This document shows, in pieces, positions 19,549 to 28,632 of a stretch of DNA of 64,000 nt. The notes under the pieces were generated by a model. That model ran no database searches, was not told where the DNA came from, and worked only from the letters and a program-made list of their open reading frames with translations. This stretch comes from an uncultured bacterium. Its GTDB lineage: Bacteria > SAR324 > NAC60-12. The stretch is from positions 28,363 to 92,362 of the forward strand of contig CBFIGY010000004.1 of the NCBI GenBank assembly GCA_965662235.1. The letters are read 5' to 3'. Both the position numbers and the translations under genes were made by a program. Each line of letters opens with the position of its first letter. Within the stretch, counting starts at the first letter, position 1.

Positions 19549-20507
19549 GGGGCCTCTTTGGAAAACGCATAAAGGGAGCGGGCCTGAGCATCAAAGAACT
19601 CCACCTGCGCCTGCTGGGCATCAAACTGCAGCCACACGAATCCGGTATCGAGGTGCTGAAAGCGGAGCCGCGCCTGGCTGGTTTTCAGCTCTTCTGGAGC
19701 AGTGTCGCGGTAGTGCTTGCCCCCGGCGCCGCTGACGATGAAGTCGGTGCTGACTCCAGGAAACTGCAGGTGCGCCAGGTGGTGGTCGTGTCCGGAGAGG
19801 TAGAAGTCAACCCGATCCGAGAGCAGCGAGTTCGCCAGCATTCGGGTGATGGCATCAGCATCTCCGTGGGTACCTGCCGAGTAGACGGGGTGGTGGGCAA
19901 ACACGAGGGTCCAGGGCGTGCGAGGAGGCGCGTTCACCTTTTGAGCGAGCGTCCAGGCGGCGGGGCAGTTGGTGTTGAGGGCGTGCAGTTCCACGGGTCC
20001 GGCAGTGACGCTGTATTCCGGAGCCGGGAGCTTCCACTTGGCAGACTGAGCGGTGTACGACACTTCATGGAGCGCTGGCTGATGCACGTCATGGTTCCCC
20101 AGCACCGCCAGGAACGGGAGTTCCAGTTCCGCATAAACGGACTCGAAGTGGCTCTGAAAAAGCGGGTCCTGCAGCGAGGGGGCTCCATCCGGATAGAGGT
20201 TGTCCCCCAGGTAGAGGACCGCATCGCACCCCTTTTCCGCACAGACCTGCTTCATGGCAGCGGCAACCTGACGCTGATCGGCGTCTCCGGAACCTGTATC
20301 ACCGACAGCGATCAGGCGGAGGACGCCTGCGTTGGCAGGCTTCAGGGTGAGGCGGTCGTCCTCTTGCTGCAGAGGGGCCGTGACAATTGGGGCCTGCGGA
20401 TTCACGCAGCCTTTGCGCACCGCCGCTTCATGAAGCCGCCACCCGGCGGTGCCGCCCAGTCCAAACAGCAATGCCACCCACAGGAAGAAGAAGAACGCCC
20501 GTTTCAT
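19545..20507 (-). CDS. Exported calcineurin-like metallophosphoesterase (purple acid phosphatase-like)
   Basis: GDTG, LGDNLY, LGNHD, HHPVYS, SGHDH, SGAGG; N-terminal hydrophobic helix. Confidence 0.92.
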   Translation of the reverse strand: MKRAFFFFLWVALLFGLGGTAGWRLHEAAVRKGCVNPQAPIVTAPLQQEDDRLTLKPANAGVLRLIAVGDTGSGDADQRQVAAAMKQVCAEKGCDAVLYLGDNLYPDGAPSLQDPLFQSHFESVYAELELPFLAVLGNHDVHQPALHEVSYTAQSAKWKLPAPEYSVTAGPVELHALNTNCPAAWTLAQKVNAPPRTPWTLVFAHHPVYSAGTHGDADAITRMLANSLLSDRVDFYLSGHDHHLAHLQFPGVSTDFIVSGAGGKHYRDTAPEELKTSQARLRFQHLDTGFVWLQFDAQQAQVEFFDAQARSLYAFSKEAP

Positions 20508-21118
20508 GAGCGTGCTCGGTGGGCTTCCACAGAAGCCAGGATCTGCTCCAGCTCCGGATCGGGCAGCTCGTGATGGCGAAGGACCTCAACGGTGTTACGG
20601 AGGTACTCCTCGCAGGTGCCTCGCTCGCCAGCGGCCTGAACGACCACTGCGGTAATGGCGTCTAGGCTGCGTTCCGGAACGTACAGGTCGGTGTCGCGGT
20701 TGACGACAAAGGCAATTGCCTCCACCGGACCCTGCGGTGTCTCAGCGGAGACCCATGCCGGGAGGTAGCTTTCGTCAAACATTTCCCGTTCCCACACCTC
20801 CAGCAGTTCCGTGTCTAGGTCGGAGGGTGTGATGTGAAAGACGCGTCCTCGGCAGCTGCCACCTTTGTCCAGTCCCAGCACCATTCCGGGCACCTCTGGG
20901 GTGCCGCGATAGACCTTTGATTCCACACAGAGGCGGCGGTGGTAGCCGGTCAGCAGGGCGTCTCGGGCCTCATCATGCCGAAAGCCGGGGTTCCAGATGA
21001 GCGAGCCATAGCCGAAGATCCACACCCCAGAGGTGACGTTGTGGCCCTCAAGGGTTTCTGCAATGGAAGCGCGCAGTTCAGGTTCCCCCCGGAGGCGGAA
21101 CTGCTCCTTCAGGTTCAT
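20504..21118 (-). CDS. chaC: ChaC-family gamma-glutamylcyclotransferase
   Basis: WIFGYGSLIW, YRGTPEVPG.VLGL, WEREM, YL; ATG 21118 overlaps ppnN stop. Confidence 0.92.
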   Translation of the reverse strand: MNLKEQFRLRGEPELRASIAETLEGHNVTSGVWIFGYGSLIWNPGFRHDEARDALLTGYHRRLCVESKVYRGTPEVPGMVLGLDKGGSCRGRVFHITPSDLDTELLEVWEREMFDESYLPAWVSAETPQGPVEAIAFVVNRDTDLYVPERSLDAITAVVVQAAGERGTCEEYLRNTVEVLRHHELPDPELEQILASVEAHRARS

Positions 21119-22527
21119 GCCGGATCTCCTGACACCACCCGGTAGCAAGGCTGGTACTCACCCATGCCAGGAAGCTTCATGCGGTGCTGGTCACAGAAGG
21201 AGCGCAGCAGGACATCGAGCTGCTCCATCCACTCGCGCTTGCCGTGGATGGTGAAGGGGCCATGCGCTGCAACGGCTGCAACGCCTTCATCCTTGATGTT
21301 TCCGGAGACAATGCCTGAGAACATGCGTCGCAGGTTGGCGGCAAGTTCGTGCGGAGGCTGTCCCGGATTGAGGTTGAGCGCCGCCATGTTCTCATGAGTA
21401 GGGACAAACGGCTGCTGGAAGATCGGGTCGATGTGGAGGGTCCAGTTGAAGTAATAGGCATCGCGCCGGGAGCGTCGGAACTCCCGGACCCGCGGGACCG
21501 TCTGCTGCATCTGCCGTGCGACCTGCTCGGGATCACCGACGATGATCTGGTAGTGCTTCCGAACCTCTTCTCCCAAGATGGAGACGATGAAGCGGTCGAT
21601 CTGTTCAAAGTACTCCTTGCTCTCCTTGGGGCCAGTCAGAATGAGCGGAAAGGGAACCCCCTGATTTTCCGGGTGCATGAGGATGCCGAGGAGGTAGAGG
21701 ATCTCTTCAGCGGTGCCGGCGCCTCCGGGGAAGATGATGAAGCCGTGTCCCATACGGACAAACGACTCCAACCGCTTCTCAATGTCGGGCATGATGACCA
21801 GCGTGTTGACCATGGGGTTCGGGGCCTCTGAGGCAATGATGCCGGGTTCCGTGAGGCCAATGTAGCGTCCGTGCCGGTTGCGCTGCTTGGCGTGTCCCAC
21901 GGCAGCGCCCTTCATGGGGCCCTTCATGGCGCCGGGGCCGCAGCCGGTGCAGATGTTGAAGCCTCGCAGGCCAAGGTGGTAGCCGACTTCCTTGGTGTAT
22001 TGGTACTCGGTGTAGTTGATGGAGTGCCCCCCCCAGCAGACAATGAGGTTGAAGGGGATCAGGTGGTCGAGGACTCCGGCATTGCGCAGAATGTGGAAGA
22101 TGAAGTCGGTGATGCCCTCAGAGGTTTTCAGGTCGAAGCGGTCGGAGGCTTCCAGCTGGTTGCTGACGTAGATGATGTCGCGGAGCACGGAAAACAGGTG
22201 CTCCCGGATGCCCTGAAGCATCACCTCGTCCACAAACGCTGTGTCCGGAGCCCCTTCGACTTCTAGGCGGACCCCACGGGCCTGAGGGACAATCTGAATG
22301 TCAAAGTCCGGGAACATCCGGAGCAGCTCGGCGCCGCTGTCGGTTTCGTTTCCTGTGTTGAGCACGGCGAGGGCGCAGCGCCGAAACACGTTGTAGAGGC
22401 CGCCTTCGTTGCTGTCTCGGAGCTTCTTGATCTCACGCAGCGAGAGGAAGTCGAGGGCCCCCTCGGGCTTGATGCGGACTTTTTTAGAGGAGTGGGGAAC
22501 GGGCGCCTCGGCGGTAAAAGCAGGCAT
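21115..22527 (-). CDS. ppnN: Nucleotide 5'-monophosphate nucleosidase (YgdH/LOG-like)
   Basis: VCWGGHSI, CTGCGPGAMKGPMKGA, PDIEKRLE, FPGGAGTAEE, DQHRMKLPG. Confidence 0.95.
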   Translation of the reverse strand: MPAFTAEAPVPHSSKKVRIKPEGALDFLSLREIKKLRDSNEGGLYNVFRRCALAVLNTGNETDSGAELLRMFPDFDIQIVPQARGVRLEVEGAPDTAFVDEVMLQGIREHLFSVLRDIIYVSNQLEASDRFDLKTSEGITDFIFHILRNAGVLDHLIPFNLIVCWGGHSINYTEYQYTKEVGYHLGLRGFNICTGCGPGAMKGPMKGAAVGHAKQRNRHGRYIGLTEPGIIASEAPNPMVNTLVIMPDIEKRLESFVRMGHGFIIFPGGAGTAEEILYLLGILMHPENQGVPFPLILTGPKESKEYFEQIDRFIVSILGEEVRKHYQIIVGDPEQVARQMQQTVPRVREFRRSRRDAYYFNWTLHIDPIFQQPFVPTHENMAALNLNPGQPPHELAANLRRMFSGIVSGNIKDEGVAAVAAHGPFTIHGKREWMEQLDVLLRSFCDQHRMKLPGMGEYQPCYRVVSGDPA

Positions 22528-22558
22528 GCGGTGGCCTCACAATTAGGTTGAGGAGGAA

Positions 22559-22586
22559 CTCCGGAAGGGGCAGGCCCTTCTCGGAG
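22559..22586 (-). terminator. GC-rich hairpin downstream of the FmdB-like gene
   Basis: CTCCGGAAGGG-gcagg-CCCTTCTCGGAG (one bulge); weak U tract. Confidence 0.35.
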
Positions 22587-22640
22587 GGAAACAAAGGAAG
22601 TGATGAGTCCGGGATGACCATCCCAGTGGCGTCAGGACGC

Positions 22641-22835
22641 TCAGCGGAAGGGGCTGTTGCCTCCACCGGAGCAGCCTCCGGAGCTTCCTCCAGCGACCGC
22701 AAAACCGCTCAACTCACGATGGGTTTGAGAGGAACCGCACTCCGGACAGGCGATGGGCTGGTCCATTTCTGCAGACTTCCGCAACTCGGTGAAGTCGGTC
22801 CGGCAGTTTTCGCAATGGTAGTCGTAGAGGGGCAT
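22641..22835 (-). CDS. FmdB-family zinc-ribbon protein
   Basis: MPLYDYHCENC...CPECGS...LSGF plus Gly/Ser tail; real start is ATG 22835 inside the longer track ORF. Confidence 0.9.
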   Translation of the reverse strand: MPLYDYHCENCRTDFTELRKSAEMDQPIACPECGSSQTHRELSGFAVAGGSSGGCSGGGNSPFR

Positions 22836-22839
22836 GGCG

Positions 22840-23961
22840 TCACTGGAGTGAAGGGTGATTTTGGTAAAGCTCGGTGCGCTTGAGGAAGGCCTCTCGGGCG
22901 ATGCGGACGTCTTCCAGGAACAGGGGCAGCTCTTCCATGCGGAGGGCTTGGGGGCCGTCGACGAAGGCCTCAGTGGGTTCCGGATGGAAGTCAATCAGGA
23001 CCATGTTGGCGCCGGCAATGATGCCCTGGGCGGTGGCATGCAACACATCGAGGATGCCTTCGGGACCTTCTTCACGGGTGCCCACCGAGTGAGACGGGTC
23101 GATGCAGACGGGCATCCGGGTCTGGCGTCGCACCACGGGGACGTGGGGGAAGTCCACCATGTTGCGGTGCGGGGCGCCAAAGCCGGTCTTCATTCCCCGG
23201 AGGCAGAAGACGATGTGGCTGTTGCCCTCACTGGCGAGGTACTCAGCGGCGTTGAGGGATTCGTTCAAGGAGATGCCAAAGCCCCGTTTCAGCAACACCG
23301 GATAGGTCTGCTGCCGCCCGATCACCTTGAGCAGCTCAAAGTTTTGGGTGTTGCGGGTGCCAATCTGAAGCATCACGCCGGTGGGGCGTCCGAGTTTCTC
23401 GAGAACCTCGTCGATCTCTTCAACGTGGCTGTCGTGGGTGACTTCCATGGCAATGACCTTGATGCCGTACTTGCCTGCGAGTTCAAAGACGTAGGGCAGG
23501 CAGTCCTTTCCGTGTCCCTGAAAGGCGTAGGGACTGGTCCGGGGCTTGTACGCGCCCATGCGGGTGCAGGTCAGCCCATGCTCCTGAAGCGCCTGCATCA
23601 TGCGTTCAACGTTTTTCGGGTTGTCAACCGCGCAGAGGCCAGGGAAGAGGTTGAGCGTTTCCTGACTGAAGCGGACGCCGTTGTACTCAAAGTCGAGCGA
23701 GGGCGTTCCGGCGGCATGACGTCCCAGGATGCGGAACTCGTGGGAGATGCGGACCACGCGTTCCACGGCCGGAAGGGCTTCAATGGAATCGAGCGAGAGC
23801 GCCCGGGTGTTGCCAATGAGGTAGATTTCGGTGAGTCGCTGACCCTGTCCCTGAACGTGGTTCAGGCGAAGCTGAATGTCCGGAAGGGCTTGCAGGTAGC
23901 TTTGGGTCTGCCGATAGGCCTCAGAGGACTCATCGGTGTTGGGATGAAGGATAACAAGCAT
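22840..23961 (-). CDS. DAHP synthase, type I-beta, with N-terminal regulatory domain
   Basis: GAYKPRTSPYAFQG, QIGTRNTQNFELL, PVLLKRG, DPSHSVG. Confidence 0.92.
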   Translation of the reverse strand: MLVILHPNTDESSEAYRQTQSYLQALPDIQLRLNHVQGQGQRLTEIYLIGNTRALSLDSIEALPAVERVVRISHEFRILGRHAAGTPSLDFEYNGVRFSQETLNLFPGLCAVDNPKNVERMMQALQEHGLTCTRMGAYKPRTSPYAFQGHGKDCLPYVFELAGKYGIKVIAMEVTHDSHVEEIDEVLEKLGRPTGVMLQIGTRNTQNFELLKVIGRQQTYPVLLKRGFGISLNESLNAAEYLASEGNSHIVFCLRGMKTGFGAPHRNMVDFPHVPVVRRQTRMPVCIDPSHSVGTREEGPEGILDVLHATAQGIIAGANMVLIDFHPEPTEAFVDGPQALRMEELPLFLEDVRIAREAFLKRTELYQNHPSLQ

Positions 23962-24057
23962 GGAGGCCACTGATGGTGGTTGAGCAAAAAGCGGTAACGC
24001 ACCAGTCTCGGCAAGACGGCAGGCAGGTGCAAGTGGATTGGTGGGGCGAGGCGAGGG

Positions 24058-24768
24058 CTACTTATTGAGCGCGAGGCGCTTGAGCTTGAACAGCTCGGTT
24101 TCCAGCTCTAGGGCGTTGGTGCCACTGGGGAGGGCGTCGAGGACGAATTGAGCCGTCCGGATGACGAGGGCCGGTTTGGGACGAGACGGGACCCGGTCGA
24201 TGTGCAGGTAGCGGTCGAGGGTTCGGGTGCGTTCGGTGCTGCGGTCGATGTACACCGACCAGAGTCCACTTTCCATGGCCAGCTGGATCTTGCTCTTCTG
24301 AGTGAAGCGGGTCCAGTACTCAAGGCTGAGCTGAATGACGATCACCACCTGCTGCTGGAGGAGCGTGGGATCCTCTTCGGCAGCCTGTTCTTCGTTGAAC
24401 TCATGGTCCTCGTGGGGCTGGTTGACCTTATCCAGCGCTTGCTCCAGTTCGGTCAGGGTGAAGGGCTTGCGGAGGAAAGCGGTGGCGCCAAGGTCAATGG
24501 AGTCAAGGGCGACATCAAGGTTGGCGTGTCCGGTGATGATGATGAAGGGGCAGACGATGCCTTCCGTCCGGGTTTTCCGGATCATCTCAATCCCTTCAAG
24601 GTCTGGGAGCTTGAGATCCGTGACGATGATGTCAAAGGGTTCTTGCAGGACGGCTGCAAGAGCGGGGGTGGCGCGATCAAACGAGTGAGGATCGTGCCCC
24701 AAGGAAAGGAGGGCGCTGGTCAGCGAACTACGAAGCGTGTCGTCATCCTCAACGAGCAGAACCTTCAT
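24058..24768 (-). CDS. Response regulator with uncharacterised C-terminal output domain
   Basis: Receiver VEDD, TDLKLP, ITGH, KPF; C-terminal LAMESGLW..TRTLDRYL. Confidence 0.9.
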   Translation of the reverse strand: MKVLLVEDDDTLRSSLTSALLSLGHDPHSFDRATPALAAVLQEPFDIIVTDLKLPDLEGIEMIRKTRTEGIVCPFIIITGHANLDVALDSIDLGATAFLRKPFTLTELEQALDKVNQPHEDHEFNEEQAAEEDPTLLQQQVVIVIQLSLEYWTRFTQKSKIQLAMESGLWSVYIDRSTERTRTLDRYLHIDRVPSRPKPALVIRTAQFVLDALPSGTNALELETELFKLKRLALNK

Positions 24769-24799
24769 ACGGGAGCAATGGGGGGAAGACGGCGAAGAG

Positions 24800-24823
24800 A
24801 TGGGAGGAGCGAACTCCTCCCGT
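24800..24823 (-). terminator. UUCG-tetraloop hairpin after the hexaheme cytochrome gene
   Basis: Minus strand ACGGGAGGAG-TTCG-CTCCTCCCAT followed by pyrimidines, just past the stop. Confidence 0.6.
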
Positions 24824-24831
24824 TCTCATGG

Positions 24832-26766
24832 TTACTGGAGGGTCAGGATGTAGGCGGCGATGTTCTTCATGCCGGCTTCATCAAGAGCCATGGACATGGG
24901 AGCCATCTGCTTGCCGTACATGTCATCTTGGTGACTGCCGCGGATGCCGGCCTTGAAGTTGGAGAGCTGCCGGACGAGGTACCAGTCCGGAAGTCCCGCC
25001 AGCTTCGGAGCATTGAGGGCTTGGTTTCCAGCACCGTCTGCACCGTGACAGCCCGCGCAGGTTGCGTAGGCGGCCTGTCCAGCAGCGGCGTCTCCATCGA
25101 GGGTGGCTGGGAGCGGGGCTCCGCTGAGGCCGCTGATGTACTCACCGAGGGCCTGCATGTCGGCTTCGCTGAGGGCCATGGACATGGGGGCCATCTGCTT
25201 GCCATACATATCATCCGCGTGAGAGCCCCGGATGCCAGCCTTGAAGTTGGCCAGCTGGCGAGCAATGTACCACGGTGCCTGGCCTGCTAGGTGCGGAGCG
25301 TTGAGGGCTTGGTTGCCGGCACCGTCGGCACCGTGACAACCGGCGCAGGTTCCATACAGGGCCTGTCCGTTTGAGGCAGAAGCCGTTGCCGCCGCCGCCG
25401 TATCCGTGCTGGCAGCCGGCGCTGCCGCTACCACCGGAGTGGTGTCGATTTCGCCTTCACGCAGCGTAGCAACGTAGGTGGCGAGGTCAACAATGCCTTG
25501 GTCGCTCAGTCCCGCAGCCATCGGAGCCATTTGCTGCCCATAGGTGTCTTTCGGGTTGCGGCCTCGAGCACCTTCGCGGAAGTAGGTCAGCTGCCGAGCA
25601 ACGTACCAATCCGGCATGCCGGCGAGCTTCGGAGCATTGAGGGCTTGGTTTCCGGCACCATCGGCACCGTGGCAGGAGGCACAGACGGCGTAGGCGGCGC
25701 GTCCCGCATTCACGTCCCCGGCCAGGGTCGCGCGGGGGTAGGGCGCCTGATAGTTAGCAGCCTGAGTGGCGAGACTCTGGATCTCTTCATCGGTCAGGGA
25801 CATGGCGAGGGGCCGCATCTGCATGCCGTACATGTCGATGGGGTGAACGCCCCGGATGCCTTCTTGCCAGTTCTTCAGCTGCCGGGCCAAGTACCAGTCG
25901 TGCTGACCTGCCAGTCGGGGGGCGCTGAGGCGCTCGTTGCCCTGGGCGTTGTTGCCGTGACAGGAGGCGCAGACGGCCCAAGAGGCGTCGGCCTCAAGGG
26001 GGTTGTCATAAGGAACGTACTGTCCTGCTACCTGTCCGGTGGCCATGGCAGCCATCGGTTGCGGTGCAGCCTGTGCTTCAGCTGCCGGAGCCGGAGTAGC
26101 GGCCATCAGAGCATCTGCAGAAGGCTTCGGCGGGGTGAGGCCACTCATGGTCGCAATGTAGGCAGCCAGGTCGTTCATGCTCTGAGGCGTCAGGGCCAGC
26201 GACATGGGACGCATCTGCTGTCCGTAGGTGTCCTTCTTGTGAACCCCTCGGTAGCCCTTCTGGAAGCTGTTGAGCTGGGTGACAATGTACCAGTCCGGCA
26301 GACCCGCCAGCTTGGGCGCGTTGAGGGCTTCGTTGCCTTCACCCTGGGCGCCATGGCAGGCCATGCAGGTGCCATAAGCCGTCTTGCCCGCATCCGGATT
26401 GCCAGGAACCGTGGCTTCCAGAGGCTGAGGCTTCAGGGTGCCAATGTAGGCGACCACGCTCTCCATTTCGGCTTCAGTTGACAGCGTCAGGGCAAAGGCC
26501 TTCATCTGCTGTCCGGTGACGTCGTCTGCGTGGGTGCCGCGAACTCCGCCCTTGAAGTTCTTCAACTGCCGAAGCAGGTACCAGCTGTGCTGACCGGCAA
26601 TGGCTGGGGCCGATGAAAGCTCCTTACCTTCACCGTTCTTTCCGTGACAGTTCACGCAGTTGTAATAGAGCACGGATCCACGCTGGATGTCTCCGGCGGC
26701 AAACACTGTTGGAGCAATCAAGGATCCTGCAACAATCAGCCAGCTCGCGACCAGCAAACGTTTCAT
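24832..26766 (-). CDS. Periplasmic hexaheme c-type cytochrome: three tandem cytochrome c4-like diheme units
   Basis: Sec signal; six CxxCH (CVNCH, CMACH, CASCH x2, CAGCH x2), each followed by AP.LAG..WY...QL and a distal QM..(M); Ala/Pro/Thr linkers; start 26766 or 26778. Confidence 0.92.
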   Translation of the reverse strand: MKRLLVASWLIVAGSLIAPTVFAAGDIQRGSVLYYNCVNCHGKNGEGKELSSAPAIAGQHSWYLLRQLKNFKGGVRGTHADDVTGQQMKAFALTLSTEAEMESVVAYIGTLKPQPLEATVPGNPDAGKTAYGTCMACHGAQGEGNEALNAPKLAGLPDWYIVTQLNSFQKGYRGVHKKDTYGQQMRPMSLALTPQSMNDLAAYIATMSGLTPPKPSADALMAATPAPAAEAQAAPQPMAAMATGQVAGQYVPYDNPLEADASWAVCASCHGNNAQGNERLSAPRLAGQHDWYLARQLKNWQEGIRGVHPIDMYGMQMRPLAMSLTDEEIQSLATQAANYQAPYPRATLAGDVNAGRAAYAVCASCHGADGAGNQALNAPKLAGMPDWYVARQLTYFREGARGRNPKDTYGQQMAPMAAGLSDQGIVDLATYVATLREGEIDTTPVVAAAPAASTDTAAAATASASNGQALYGTCAGCHGADGAGNQALNAPHLAGQAPWYIARQLANFKAGIRGSHADDMYGKQMAPMSMALSEADMQALGEYISGLSGAPLPATLDGDAAAGQAAYATCAGCHGADGAGNQALNAPKLAGLPDWYLVRQLSNFKAGIRGSHQDDMYGKQMAPMSMALDEAGMKNIAAYILTLQ

Positions 26767-27120
26767 TGTGATTTCCATGGTGATGGACAGTCAGGGTTGG
26801 AGTCAGGGGCCCAGACACATCTGCCTGAGTGAAGCTCTAGTGAGCGAACAAAAACTGCGATAAGCTAACAAGGCTTTATGGAAACCGCAACCCAAACTTA
26901 CCCCCAACGAGGTCCGGGTTTCTCAAGCCGATTGAGGGGCATTTGAGTGGGTTCCCTCTGGCCTGTTCCCTGGGGCCCATGCGTTGATTTCACCCCGGAA
27001 GTGCGAGGTGGTGGAAAAAACTTTATGCTTCCTGAAGCGTCCCGTACGCTGAAAGTGATCCCCACTTTGGGTTCCTGACCTCGGACGAGGTCGCTGCCTC
27101 TTCCCCTTTTCTGAAGCTCC

Positions 27121-27837
27121 ATGAACTACCGCCTTCCGGAGGCCAGCGAAAAATCGGCCTACGTTGAACAAAAGTTTGATGAGATTGCCCGGCAGTACGA
27201 CCGGTTCAATGACCTGATCACCTTTGGCCTGCACCGTTACTGGAAGCGCTTTGTGGCTCGGCAGACGGGGCTGCGAGACGGAGAGCGGTGCCTGGACCTG
27301 TGCTGCGGCACCGGAGACATTGCGCAGGCGGTGCTCCGGCAGCACCCCGGCGTGGAGGTCATCGGCCTGGACTTTGCGAAGGAGATGCTGGACCTCGCCA
27401 AGCAACGCACTTCCCAAGGAATCACCTACCTCCGGGGCGATGCGATGGCCCTGCCGTTTCCGGAGGGGCACTTTGATGCTGTGACCGTGGGGTACGGGCT
27501 CCGGAATGTGCCCGACCTGCAGGGAGCCCTGGCCGAGATCCTCCGGGTGTTGAAGCCCGGGGGGACCCTGGTGAGCCTAGATGTCGGGAAGGTGCGGGTG
27601 CCGGTGGTGGATGCACTGAGCCGGCTCTTCTTCTTCCGGGTGGTGCCCCGCATTGGCGAACTGCTGATGCCTGGGCAGGAAATGTTCACGTACCTTCCGG
27701 AGTCCTCCCGGGCGTATCCCGACCAGGAAACGCTGCGGCGGATTCTGCTTGAAGCCGGCTTCTGCAATGTCCTGATTGAGGATTTTGTGTTTGGGGCCTC
27801 CACCGTCCATGTGGCGTACCGGCCGATAACCGCTTGA
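27121..27837 (+). CDS. ubiE: Ubiquinone/menaquinone C-methyltransferase
   Basis: FDEIARQYDRFNDL, LDLCCGTGD, GDAMALPF, YGLRNV, RVLKPGG, YLPES. Confidence 0.93.
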   Translation: MNYRLPEASEKSAYVEQKFDEIARQYDRFNDLITFGLHRYWKRFVARQTGLRDGERCLDLCCGTGDIAQAVLRQHPGVEVIGLDFAKEMLDLAKQRTSQGITYLRGDAMALPFPEGHFDAVTVGYGLRNVPDLQGALAEILRVLKPGGTLVSLDVGKVRVPVVDALSRLFFFRVVPRIGELLMPGQEMFTYLPESSRAYPDQETLRRILLEAGFCNVLIEDFVFGASTVHVAYRPITA

Positions 27838-27901
27838 GCTTTTCCCTGAGCTTTTTGATACTTGCGGTGTTTTGAACTGCCTATTCCGCTTTTGGACGCT
27901 T

Positions 27902-28156
27902 ATGCCTCAGCTCCGGATGTGGGGAGTGCTTGCTGTCGTGCCTCTGTTGGGGTGCGCGTCGGCTGAGCCTCCGCCCCCGCTCTCGCCGACCCAGGAAGCG
28001 GCCCTCCGCCTTGAAGAAGCGCACCGGGCGCTCCCAGAACGGGAGCACTCGTCCCTCATTCCTTACTACCGCTACGGAGAGGAAGGGAAATCGCTAGAGT
28101 TCATTCCACGCCGCGAGGTGTATCCCCGAGTCATCTATCCCGAAAAAAAAGAGTGA
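27902..28156 (+). CDS. Small hypothetical lipoprotein
   Basis: Lipobox LLGC after a hydrophobic stretch; GTGA overlap with next gene. Confidence 0.6.
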   Translation: MPQLRMWGVLAVVPLLGCASAEPPPPLSPTQEAALRLEEAHRALPEREHSSLIPYYRYGEEGKSLEFIPRREVYPRVIYPEKKE

Positions 28157-28632
28157 CCGCTTCTCCCCCTCTTAGTGACCGTGACCTTCGGAGCATCCTT
28201 CGGGAGGTCCGGAGCATTGCCGTTGTGGGCGCCTCCACCAACTGGAAGCGTCCGAGTTATTTTGTCATGAAGTACCTGGCGCAGAAGGGGTACCGCATGC
28301 TGCCGGTCAATCCGGGCGCTGCGGGACAGACCCTGCTCGGGGAAACGGTCCGTTCCGAGCTGTCGGAGGTGGGACCCGTGGACATGGTGGAGGTCTTTCG
28401 CCGGAGCGAAGAGGCACCCGCGATTGCCCGTGAAGCGGTGCGCTGCGGAGCCAAGGTGCTTTGGCTGCAGATTGGAGTGGTGAGCGAAGAGGCACAGGCC
28501 ATTGCCGAAGCCGGAGGCCTGACGGTGGTGATGGACCGCTGTCCCAAGATCGAGTACTCCCGCCTCTGGGGAGAGCTGGGCTGGCAGGGCATCAACACCG
28601 GCGTCATCTCCAGCCGCAGGAGGCGCGCATGA
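28153..28632 (+). CDS. CoA-binding protein (YccU-like)
   Basis: IAVVGAS..RPS, PVNP, VDMVEVFR, LWLQIG, MDRCPKIE. Confidence 0.93.
   Translation: MTASPPLSDRDLRSILREVRSIAVVGASTNWKRPSYFVMKYLAQKGYRMLPVNPGAAGQTLLGETVRSELSEVGPVDMVEVFRRSEEAPAIAREAVRCGAKVLWLQIGVVSEEAQAIAEAGGLTVVMDRCPKIEYSRLWGELGWQGINTGVISSRRRRA

Noticed and set aside
26779..27120. 342-bp intergenic region as a possible riboswitch or ncRNA
   Set aside because: No recognisable aptamer, tRNA or strong conserved structure; consistent with divergent promoters
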